Under the pieces are notes generated by a model. It ran no database searches. It worked only from the letters and a program-made list of their open reading frames with translations, and had not been told where the DNA came from. Positions 6,718 through 14,720 of a stretch of DNA of 51,223 nt are shown piece after piece. This stretch comes from a virus (lineage: Duplodnaviria; Caudoviricetes): the IMG/VR virus record IMGVR_UViG_3300044768_000011, positions 1 to 51,223 of that record. One strand, given 5' to 3'. Both the position numbers and the translations under genes were made by a program. Numbering within the stretch: the stretch's first letter is position 1; every line of letters begins with the position of its first letter.

Positions 6718-6833
6718 AACTTGCCGATCCTCACCACGAAACGCATCACGGCGATATACCGCATCGACTCGTTGTGAGTGGTGTAACCAGGCGCCTCTTT
6801 CGGGGCACCCTCTGACCTAGGAACGGTGCGCAT
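6705..6833 (-). CDS. 42-aa hypothetical protein
   Basis: strong GAAGGA RBS; GTGA overlap at its stop. Confidence 0.45.
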   Translation of the reverse strand: MRTVPRSEGAPKEAPGYTTHNESMRYIAVMRFVVRIGKLCRR

Positions 6834-7023
6834 GTGCTTTCCTTCCGTTGGCGTGACGGGTCTGATGGGTCCGCGGCGGACCATAGGCGGCAACCCCGGC
6901 GCACAGGCCAGCCGCGAACACGAACGCGGCGAACGCCCACCAATGCTGCCGGTCGGCGGCCACCGCGGCGAACACCGCCGGGAGAGTACCGATCGTCAAC
7001 CAGATCAGCGCGCGTTCGCTCAT
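6817..7023 (-). CDS. small two-TM membrane protein
   Basis: two hydrophobic segments; ATGA overlap. Confidence 0.65.
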   Translation of the reverse strand: MSERALIWLTIGTLPAVFAAVAADRQHWWAFAAFVFAAGLCAGVAAYGPPRTHQTRHANGRKAHAHRS

Positions 7024-7331
7024 GCCGGGCCCTCCGGTTCGGCGAAGTCCCGGGCCAGCAACGCAACCCGGTCGGCAATCTCCTCAGGGCTGTCACGCGG
7101 TGTACGGCGCGGCGGGATCGGCTGTGCCCTCTCCACCCCCAACGCCTCCAGCAACTCGGCACGGGTCCGGCGGGAGCCCGGGGCGTACGCCTTAGCCAGC
7201 TGGGCGTCCCGGGTTTCGATCCGCGCAACCAGCACCCGGACAAGCCGGTCCCGGGCCGGCAGCGGGGCATGCGGTAACTCAATGGCCAGCGCGGACCTGA
7301 TCACCGCGTCGAGATCCTCCGTCGGCATCAT
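7020..7331 (-). CDS. hypothetical protein
   Basis: start MMPTEDL with ATGA overlap. Confidence 0.6.
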   Translation of the reverse strand: MMPTEDLDAVIRSALAIELPHAPLPARDRLVRVLVARIETRDAQLAKAYAPGSRRTRAELLEALGVERAQPIPPRRTPRDSPEEIADRVALLARDFAEPEGPA

Positions 7332-8224
7332 TCGCTGAACAGGGTGGGGGCACCCATCTCCGCATCCAACTCCGTCAGATACTTCACAGCCTGCTCCCAA
7401 TACGACGGTTTCAACTCCACCCCAACCCCACGGCGGCCAAACTTCACCGCGGTATAGACCTCCGAACCGATCCCCGCGAACGGCGACAGAACCGTCTCAC
7501 CAGGGTTCGACCACAACCGGACACACCGCTCGATGAAATCCAACTGGAGAGGACAAATATGGCGCTCATCCGCGGACTCCCGGCCAAGCCTCGCGTTCAA
7601 CGTCCGGGTCTCCCGGATATTCCACCACACAGGCTGAGCCCACTCGATCCATTCGTCGTTGCTGACGTCATTCTTGATCGGTACCAGGTTGTCACCGGGC
7701 TTGCGGAACAGGAGGAGGTAATCAGCCAGGGCTGGCCTGGTCATCGCGGAGTCCCGGTTCTTCGTGACGAACATCAGCGCCTGCGCTTTCGTCCGGATCG
7801 CCTGCGCTTGGGGGTCTTTGTTGACTGTGACCTCACCATGGAAGATCCACCCGTTATCGATGTACGCCCGGATCACCTCACCCCGGAAGTCGGTAAGCCC
7901 GGTGTACCCGGCCATCGCCTTGGTGGTGGTGAGTTGCTGGACGTGGACGCACGCCACCCGACCGGGCATCGTGACCCGCAGCATTTCCCGGATGATGTAC
8001 CCGTAGTGGGTGAGGAACTCTTCCCGGTCATGCGCGTTCCCGAGATCCCGCACAGATGGTGAGTACGTGAACAGGCTAGCGAACGGCGGTGAATACACGG
8101 ACAGGCCAACGGAGTTCGGTTCGATCTCAGCTAGCCGCTCGCATGAGTCGCCGAGCATCATGTGCCAGTTTTTGCCGGTGGCGTCGTCAGTGGTGTACAT
8201 GTCGATGTCGAGTTCGGTGCTCAT
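7328..8224 (-). CDS. DNA N4/N6 methyltransferase (beta class)
   Basis: SPPF catalytic motif N-terminal, HICPLQ, VLSPFAGIGS SAM-binding motif. Confidence 0.9.
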   Translation of the reverse strand: MSTELDIDMYTTDDATGKNWHMMLGDSCERLAEIEPNSVGLSVYSPPFASLFTYSPSVRDLGNAHDREEFLTHYGYIIREMLRVTMPGRVACVHVQQLTTTKAMAGYTGLTDFRGEVIRAYIDNGWIFHGEVTVNKDPQAQAIRTKAQALMFVTKNRDSAMTRPALADYLLLFRKPGDNLVPIKNDVSNDEWIEWAQPVWWNIRETRTLNARLGRESADERHICPLQLDFIERCVRLWSNPGETVLSPFAGIGSEVYTAVKFGRRGVGVELKPSYWEQAVKYLTELDAEMGAPTLFSE

Positions 8225-8778
8225 AGTGTGCCTTTCGGGTTTCGGATGGTGTCGGCGATAGTTTTCAGTTCAGTCCGGGTCGGTAGCGGGCCACCCGCGT
8301 CGTACTCATCTGCCATCGTCATGTACTGGTCACGGCATGCTGTCGCATCTGCGAGGTCCCTAAACCATGGCTGGAACGGGCGACTTCCGGCGAACGTCAC
8401 CTGAACCTTGAACCCGGCGCGGTGGCCTGTGATTCCGCATCCGACATCGGACTGCGCATTCCTGTTTCCCGCGTTCTGGCGAGCAGTGCCGTCCACCAGA
8501 TTATCGCGTCGGCTGTCTCTGGTGTCCCCGTTGCGGTGGTCTACGTGGCGCGTGCTGCCACGCCCCGGATTCAGTCCCAACGACAGCCAATGCAACCGGG
8601 TTGATCCTGCATTGGGGATACGTGCCCGAGCGTAACCCCTGTATTCATGCCAGTTCAGCGACGCGACCAGCTCGTACAAGTCAGGGTCGAACCGGTGGGT
8701 ACCCTGACGACCATCCGGGTGAGACAACGCCAATACCCCATGCCGCAACACAACCTGGGACCACACACGATCGGCCAT
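8221..8778 (-). CDS. free-standing HNH homing endonuclease (AP2-like C-terminus)
   Basis: RLH...VDHRNGDTRDSRRDNL...T..QN motif. Confidence 0.8.
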   Translation of the reverse strand: MADRVWSQVVLRHGVLALSHPDGRQGTHRFDPDLYELVASLNWHEYRGYARARIPNAGSTRLHWLSLGLNPGRGSTRHVDHRNGDTRDSRRDNLVDGTARQNAGNRNAQSDVGCGITGHRAGFKVQVTFAGSRPFQPWFRDLADATACRDQYMTMADEYDAGGPLPTRTELKTIADTIRNPKGTL

Positions 8779-10118
8779 CAGAGTGTGCCTTTCGCGTGCG
8801 TGACAGCCATGGCCTGAACTAGGCCAGACGTCATCTGGTCGGCTTGGGATTCTTTACGGGCGATGTTCCCACCGATCTGCTGCTCAAGGTCGGACAGCAC
8901 AACGTGGACATCGACAACCCGGGTCTGCCCGTACCGGTAGCACCGGCGTATCGCCTGAAAGTATTGCTCCCATGAGTCGTTCAACCCGACGAACACCATT
9001 CGGGCGCAGTGCTGCCAGTTCAACCCGAGGGATGCGATGGATGGTTTCGTGATGAGTCTGGTGATGCCTCCGTCAGCGAAGGATAGGAGGGCGGCGGCCT
9101 TGTCTTCGGGTGACCATGCCCCGTGCACGTTCACCGATTTCGGGATCAGCTTCGCGAGTAGCTCGGCTTCGTCGTTGAGCCCGCACCAGATCACCCACGG
9201 CTCATCGGGTTCCGCGGCGATGAGGGCGGCGGCTCGCGCACACCTGGCGCCCATGGTTTGCCGGCGGACTTTCGCTCGGCCTCCGACTCCACCGAGGTCG
9301 GTGGGGAACAGTTGGCCCTCAGCTTCGATTTCCGACTCGACGGGCTGGGAAACGATGTTCAGCCCGGGGAGGTCGTACCCCTCATCGGAGTACCCAAGGT
9401 CGGATGGTTTACGCAGTGCCACCGCCCAGGACGACATCCACGTGTACATCGCCCCGGAGGCGTGGCCTTTCAGCCGCCATCCGTCGTTGTCGTGGATGAA
9501 GTATGCGGCGAGCATGTTGACTCGGGTTGACTGTCCGAGGAATTCGGCTTGGCTGGTGAGTTCTTCGGGGTCGTTGGGTGCTGGTGTTGCGGTGCAGGCG
9601 AGCCGGTAGGGGACGTCGGTGAATTGGTTGATGAGTGCGGTTCTGGTTTTCCCGTCGGCTTGCTTGAGGATTGACGACTCGTCGAGGACGACAGCCCGGA
9701 GGCCTTCGGTGTCGATCTTGACGGCCATTTCGTAGTTGGTGATCCAGATGCCGGGTCCGGGGATGTGTTCGCGGACGTATTCGACGACGATGCCGATCTT
9801 GCGGGCTTCGCGGATGGTCTGCTGGCACACGGCGAGCGGGGCGACGATGAGGGCGGTTTCGTCGCCGGTGACCAGGCGTGCCCATTCGAGCTGCATGAAA
9901 GTCTTGCCGAGCCCGGTGTTTGCCCAGACGGCGGCGCGGCCGACGCGGGCGGACCAGCGGACGATGTAGTTCTGCCAGTCGTGGAGCGTGGGGTGGACGG
10001 CCCCGGGGCTGATGGTGGGGCCTGCGTGGTGGGCGGTGGCTCGCTTGGATGCGAGGAATTCGTGGTATCCGCTGGTATCGGTGGGGGCGTGCGGGTGTGA
10101 TCTGAGTTCGGTGGGCAT
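8778..10118 (-). CDS. SNF2/SF2 helicase-like protein
   Basis: TGLGKT, LDESS, TATP, QAIRRCYRYGQ motifs. Confidence 0.9.
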   Translation of the reverse strand: MPTELRSHPHAPTDTSGYHEFLASKRATAHHAGPTISPGAVHPTLHDWQNYIVRWSARVGRAAVWANTGLGKTFMQLEWARLVTGDETALIVAPLAVCQQTIREARKIGIVVEYVREHIPGPGIWITNYEMAVKIDTEGLRAVVLDESSILKQADGKTRTALINQFTDVPYRLACTATPAPNDPEELTSQAEFLGQSTRVNMLAAYFIHDNDGWRLKGHASGAMYTWMSSWAVALRKPSDLGYSDEGYDLPGLNIVSQPVESEIEAEGQLFPTDLGGVGGRAKVRRQTMGARCARAAALIAAEPDEPWVIWCGLNDEAELLAKLIPKSVNVHGAWSPEDKAAALLSFADGGITRLITKPSIASLGLNWQHCARMVFVGLNDSWEQYFQAIRRCYRYGQTRVVDVHVVLSDLEQQIGGNIARKESQADQMTSGLVQAMAVTHAKGTL

Positions 10119-10194
10119 GTGAGGTTTTAACTTCCTTCGGGGAGGTTTGGCATGATGCTAGCTGAGGTCGAGGCCGCTACGGCTGGTTTTGGGT

Positions 10195-11478
10195 TCATAT
10201 CTGGAGTGCGGATTGCGGGGGCGGTGGTGGATCGACGAGAAGGCCTGGGGTCGACCAGGGCATCAGGCCTCCGGCGTGGAGTTCCCGGGGCCAGTGCCGG
10301 TCCCCGGATCGGTCGCCGCGCCAGGGCTTGAAATCGACTTTCCGGTTGAACGGGTCGTAGGCGACGTTCCCGCCGGTGTCGGTTTGCCGGACGAGGCCAT
10401 ACCCGAACTCGGGCCATCGCAGCCACAGCGACGATCCGATGGGGCGGACGTTGCGGACTCCGCCCTTGAGGTCGGCGTGTGGGCTGTGACCTTCGACGAT
10501 GACAGCGCAGTTCGCCGCGGACCGGCATCGGTCGAGGACTCTGGCCACGGCCCGGGCGGGTTCCTCGTCGTTCGGGTTCCCGGCGTGCAGGCGGTACACG
10601 GGGCCGATGACGAGGATCGCCGGCTGCAGGGTGGTCACGGTCCGCACTAGCCATCCCTCGTCCCCGGCCCTGGTCAGGTCCAGGCCCTCGGGCCTGCATT
10701 CGATCCTGAGCCGGCCGCCCATCCCGGGGGCACCGTAGGCGCGGGCGGCGGTCGCGAGTGCCCGGTACTCCCTCCGGGATTGGGTGGGGGTGTTTTCGCA
10801 GTCGATGACGAGGACATCAACGGGCGGGATGTGCTTCAGCGTGAACGGGTGCAGTCCGGCGGACCCGCAGACGGCGATTTGACGGATCAGAACGCTCTTG
10901 CCGAGCCCTTCCTCCCCGGTGATGATTGCGCGGTCGGACCGCTCCACCAGGCCCCGGACAGCCCAGTCGTAGGGTGCGTCGTCGGTCGCCAGGAACTCGT
11001 CGAGGGTCGGAACCACCGTTTCGGTGTCCGTCGCGGCGATGTCTACGACCGCGGTGAGCTCACCCACGGCTCGGCGGGCGAGAGCCACGGGATCTTGCTC
11101 CGGGGAAGCGGCGAGCGCGACCGTACGGGTCGCGATGGCCCAGACCCGGCGGCGGCGTACCGCGTGGGCGATTTCGTCGGTGTACGCCTCCAGGAGGGTG
11201 TGGTTCGGAAATTCAGCGATCAGCTGATGGAGGTACGCCAGGCCACCCGCCCGGCCGAGGGTGCCGCGGCGGGTCATCTCGGCGCCGATGAGGGTGAGAT
11301 CGAACGCGGAGCGTGCGATGCGCAGCGCGTGGATCGCTTCGGCGACCATGAGGTTGGATCCGGTGAAGTCGGCGACGGCGACTCGGGCGAACAACTGGGC
11401 GGCGAGATCGGGTCGCTCGATGACAACGCCGAGTGCTTGGCGCTCGGCGAGATCCGTGGCGCGCGTGGTTTCGGCCAT
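10195..11478 (-). CDS. DnaB-like replicative helicase (DnaB N-terminus plus RecA-like ATPase)
   Basis: AERQALG...GGLAYL N-terminal domain; GEEGLGKS Walker A. Confidence 0.85.
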   Translation of the reverse strand: MAETTRATDLAERQALGVVIERPDLAAQLFARVAVADFTGSNLMVAEAIHALRIARSAFDLTLIGAEMTRRGTLGRAGGLAYLHQLIAEFPNHTLLEAYTDEIAHAVRRRRVWAIATRTVALAASPEQDPVALARRAVGELTAVVDIAATDTETVVPTLDEFLATDDAPYDWAVRGLVERSDRAIITGEEGLGKSVLIRQIAVCGSAGLHPFTLKHIPPVDVLVIDCENTPTQSRREYRALATAARAYGAPGMGGRLRIECRPEGLDLTRAGDEGWLVRTVTTLQPAILVIGPVYRLHAGNPNDEEPARAVARVLDRCRSAANCAVIVEGHSPHADLKGGVRNVRPIGSSLWLRWPEFGYGLVRQTDTGGNVAYDPFNRKVDFKPWRGDRSGDRHWPRELHAGGLMPWSTPGLLVDPPPPPQSALQI

Positions 11479-11479
11479 T

Positions 11480-12271
11480 TCACCACCCTCCGTTGCTGAA
11501 TGTTGTCGGTTGTGTCGGTTGTATGGTTCGGCCGAATTTGACTGCGTTTTTCATCCAATTCCGGTATGCGGCATCCCAGTCACGCCATCGCGTGTCTTTC
11601 GCTAGCGCGCTGTTGCGGAACCGGTCGGCCTCGTCGTCGCAGTCGACGTGGAGCTCATGGGCCATCGACTTGTGAGTCGGCGACGGACACCAGTCCGGCG
11701 GGATCGGTACCGCCGGTTTCCGGCGGACTGGCTTGGGCTCGTCCGCTGGAGCGGACCCAAGGTTTAGTTCTTTGGTCTTAGTACTTACTAGAGGGCCTGG
11801 AAAACCGCCGCGGTTAACCAGCGCTGGTTTTCCGTTCTGGTTCTGACCTGCATCGATGTCACCGCCGACCCTAGATATGTCCGATAGGTCGCAGTCGACA
11901 GGCAATGTTTCTGCTACCCATTGCCCCGATTCGGGCGGTTTAACCAGCGCTGGAAATCCGCGCGGATGCGGTGAATCCTGGGGGCTATCGAAAACGATCA
12001 TGTCTGAGTCCCAAGTGCCCTTATCTGTCCTGAATTTATGGATGACGATGTAACCGGTTTCCTGAAGTTCGGCCAGGGCCGTCCGGATCGCGTCGCGGCC
12101 CTCCTTGCCGTCCATCGCCAGTTGTGGCGCGTCGGTCCGCCAGTGGTTCGGGCGCGACAGAATCGCGATAAGAACGCCCCGGGCCCGGTACGACAACCGG
12201 GAGTCCCGAATAATGGCGTTGCTCACAGTTGTGTAGTTCTGTTCCGGCCGGGGGGCCCGGATAATGCTCAT
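11480..12271 (-). CDS. HTH replication initiator protein
   Basis: NYTTVSN.IIRDSRLSYRARG N-terminus; DWDAAYRNW C-terminus; directly upstream of the helicase. Confidence 0.8.
   Translation of the reverse strand: MSIIRAPRPEQNYTTVSNAIIRDSRLSYRARGVLIAILSRPNHWRTDAPQLAMDGKEGRDAIRTALAELQETGYIVIHKFRTDKGTWDSDMIVFDSPQDSPHPRGFPALVKPPESGQWVAETLPVDCDLSDISRVGGDIDAGQNQNGKPALVNRGGFPGPLVSTKTKELNLGSAPADEPKPVRRKPAVPIPPDWCPSPTHKSMAHELHVDCDDEADRFRNSALAKDTRWRDWDAAYRNWMKNAVKFGRTIQPTQPTTFSNGGW
11762..11960. other. putative replication origin inside the initiator gene
   Basis: two gcggtt(t)aaccagcgctgg repeats (11810-11827, 11935-11953) next to an AT-rich tract (11762-11791). Confidence 0.5.
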
Positions 12272-12402
12272 GCCCGCATCCCCCCGCACCGGTGATCCGG
12301 GCGTGCCTGGTGTTCCCAGAGTTGCCAGCCGCATACCCAGCACACAGCGCCGTGGATGATCTCGTCCATGACCGTCGGGGCATCCGGCCGGTCACAGGTC
12401 AA
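12268..12402 (-). CDS. 44-aa Cys/His protein
   Basis: MTCDRP...CWVCGWQLWEH...HRC; TTGA and ATGA overlaps at both ends. Confidence 0.55.
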   Translation of the reverse strand: MTCDRPDAPTVMDEIIHGAVCWVCGWQLWEHQARPDHRCGGMRA

Positions 12403-12662
12403 GGCACCACCAGTCGGCGGTGGCTCGTTCCGCCGTTGCCAAGTCGCTCGATGTAGCCGGCCCTGGTCAACCCACCGAACGCGGTACGGACCGTGACGGG
12501 GTCGATCCCCAGCACTTCGCCGACTTCCGCGGAGGTCATCCGGGTTTCCATGCTTCTGTCAGCGGATCGGCGTAGAACGCACCAAACCCGCACTTCAACG
12601 TCCCTTAGCCACGGATCGCATAGGATGCCGACCGGGAGCCGTACGGGTGTTTCTGTAGGCAT
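12399..12662 (-). CDS. winged-HTH DNA-binding protein
   Basis: AGGAGG RBS; TSAEVGEVLGIDPVTVRTAFGGLTRAGYIER. Confidence 0.75.
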   Translation of the reverse strand: MPTETPVRLPVGILCDPWLRDVEVRVWCVLRRSADRSMETRMTSAEVGEVLGIDPVTVRTAFGGLTRAGYIERLGNGGTSHRRLVVP

Positions 12663-12715
12663 GGTTCCTCCTGCTGTACGGCCCCCGGACGTTGTGTAAT
12701 CGCGACAGGCTACAC

Positions 12716-13228
12716 CTATGCGTCGGCCCGCGGCGGCGGCACCCGCAGGTTCGTGTAGAACCACGTCGCGGTCTCGATGAAGTCCTTCCGCTGGTTGCCG
12801 GCGAGCACGGCCCCGGTGCACCCGGCGTGGATCGTCGCGGCCAGCCGGAGGGCCTCAACCCAGTCCGTATCGAGCGGGACCGTCGCCCCGGTCGGCGGCA
12901 CCTCCACCCATTCCGGTTCGGCGGGTGGCGGCCGGTGCTCGTCGATGATCGCCAGGATCTCCATCAGCGTCGTCGGATGCGTTGGATCGTGAAGACTGTC
13001 CAGGTACTGCCCAAGGCACTCGCTCAAGGCACTCGCTTCATCCGGGGTCGGCGCCGCCAGGTAGCCGTGCTTGCACAGGTCGTGGTCGTGGTCGTCGCGG
13101 TCTTCGGCGTAGCTCACCAACGGCTCGGGTCGGACCTGCGCTGCAGACCAGCGTTCCGCCCGGGCCGCATCCATCTCGGCCAGCAACCGGGCGGGGCGGT
13201 CTTCGGGGATGTCCGCGTCGGTGACCAT
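12716..13228 (-). CDS. hypothetical protein
   Basis: TGATG coupling. Confidence 0.65.
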   Translation of the reverse strand: MVTDADIPEDRPARLLAEMDAARAERWSAAQVRPEPLVSYAEDRDDHDHDLCKHGYLAAPTPDEASALSECLGQYLDSLHDPTHPTTLMEILAIIDEHRPPPAEPEWVEVPPTGATVPLDTDWVEALRLAATIHAGCTGAVLAGNQRKDFIETATWFYTNLRVPPPRADA

Positions 13229-13671
13229 CAGTACCCTCCCCTGTCGCAGTCTCCGCGGAGTTCACCGTGGACACAGAAACCGTGCGTACGGTCATGGTGG
13301 TTGGAGGCCGTGCTCGTAAGGTGATCGTGGGCCCTGTCGGCGACCTTCTCGATGTGCTGGAGAAGGTGCTCAATGGCCAGGCCGGTGTCGTGGTTCAGGT
13401 GCTCGTACGCGCCGAGCGCGGTAAGCGCGACGTCGAGTAGTTCTTTCTGGACGTCGCTGATGGAGTGGGTGACTCCCTTGCGTGGGTTCTGGCCGGTCGC
13501 GCCGATGTACGCGGCGACCACTTCCCCACCTTCCTCCATGATTTTCGCTATCCGTGCCCAGGCAATGACTTCCGGGTCTCGGCCGGCGAAAGCTGAGTCG
13601 ATCCACTGGCTCAGGAAAACCAGGTGCACTGACGCGCGGTAAATTTCAGGGTTCTTCGGGGGGTTCGTCAT
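13228..13671 (-). CDS. MazG-like nucleotide pyrophosphohydrolase
   Basis: KIMEEGGEV...GQNPRKG...ELLDV motif. Confidence 0.85.
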   Translation of the reverse strand: MTNPPKNPEIYRASVHLVFLSQWIDSAFAGRDPEVIAWARIAKIMEEGGEVVAAYIGATGQNPRKGVTHSISDVQKELLDVALTALGAYEHLNHDTGLAIEHLLQHIEKVADRAHDHLTSTASNHHDRTHGFCVHGELRGDCDRGGY

Positions 13672-14063
13672 CGAAAGTCCACATCCTCATTGGCTTCGAC
13701 TGCTGCACGCAGTCCGGTGATGAATCGCTCGGTTGTTCCACGCATCCCCAGTCGAGAGATGTGACCTCGCGCGTCGCTCTCGTTGACCTTCGGTAGGAGT
13801 TCTTCGAGCCGGTCGGCCAGCGGTCCGGCCTGCGCTGGATGGATCACCCCGTCGCAGTCGGAGTGCACAATCAGGAAGATCAGCGGGTCGGCGGGAATCC
13901 GGTTCCATTCCCCTGCGTAGTTCGCCGATACGTAGTCATCCCAGTCGATCTGGACGCCGCGGTCTACGACGGCGTATCCGGCGGCCTCGGCGACGTGGTC
14001 GCGCCACCGGTTGAACGCGCCATAGGCGCCGTGCCAGCAGTCGTGTGTTGTGTCTAGTCCCAT
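13668..14063 (-). CDS. conserved hypothetical phage protein
   Basis: MGLD...Y..F..WR...HSDCDG.I pattern. Confidence 0.8.
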   Translation of the reverse strand: MGLDTTHDCWHGAYGAFNRWRDHVAEAAGYAVVDRGVQIDWDDYVSANYAGEWNRIPADPLIFLIVHSDCDGVIHPAQAGPLADRLEELLPKVNESDARGHISRLGMRGTTERFITGLRAAVEANEDVDFR

Positions 14064-14064
14064 G

Positions 14065-14319
14065 CTATTTCGTGTCTCCCTGGGTTAGGTAGAGCGGTAC
14101 TTCTTGCTGGTACCGCAGCAGAACCCGCAGGAACGGGCGGGCTTCAGCCGCTATCTGTTCCGCCCACGCAGCGGCCTGTTCTGGCCGGTTGGTATCCGCG
14201 CCGCCGTGGTACGGGTACCTAGCCGGCCGTTCGGCCCACTTGGTGCCGCTCCACGCGAGGAGTAGCGCGTCACGCCACAACTCGTAATCCGTGGGACGGT
14301 GCGCTTCCTGGTTAACCAT
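14065..14319 (-). CDS. hypothetical protein
   Basis: fills the operon gap; TAATG coupling. Confidence 0.6.
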   Translation of the reverse strand: MVNQEAHRPTDYELWRDALLLAWSGTKWAERPARYPYHGGADTNRPEQAAAWAEQIAAEARPFLRVLLRYQQEVPLYLTQGDTK

Positions 14320-14720
14320 TATCGGGAATCCTTATCGGGGGTTGGGTTTTCGGTGCCGGTGAGATCGATGACGACCAGCCAGAGCCGGTTCGGTTGCCTG
14401 GTCGCCTCATGGACGACCGGGTTGGTCGGGGTGTAGTGGGCGGCGTCGTCCTTGCATCCGGTGGCGTCGCGGACACCATCAGCGCAGGCCTTGAGCGTCG
14501 GCGCGAGGTTGTCGAGGTCCCGCTCACGGTGGACGCGGGGCGCCAGGTGCAAGACCACCGTCCACCGGTCCATGCGGGGAATCTTCTCCCGCCGGGCCAG
14601 GACGTGCACGGCGTCGCGCCAGGGCTTGGTGAGCCGGTAACGCTTCTGCCAGACCATCCGGTCGTTGAGGGTCAGCAGCGACACGAACGGCAGCGGGAAC
14701 GACCACTCGCGGGCAGTCAC
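14319..14720 (-). CDS. RusA-like Holliday junction resolvase
   Basis: RDLDNL...K...DG...DD motif. Confidence 0.8.
   Translation of the reverse strand: MTAREWSFPLPFVSLLTLNDRMVWQKRYRLTKPWRDAVHVLARREKIPRMDRWTVVLHLAPRVHRERDLDNLAPTLKACADGVRDATGCKDDAAHYTPTNPVVHEATRQPNRLWLVVIDLTGTENPTPDKDSR

Noticed and set aside
6545-6816. Apparent intergenic gap with several hairpins, considered as a second ncRNA
   Set aside because: It is filled by two coupled short ORFs, one YidD-like; the stems are plausible by chance in GC-rich coding DNA
6544-7023. Amber read-through joining 6817..7023 to the in-frame YidD-like ORF
   Set aside because: The YidD-like ORF has its own start options, the intervening DNA has an alternative ORF with a strong RBS, and no suppressor tRNA is present
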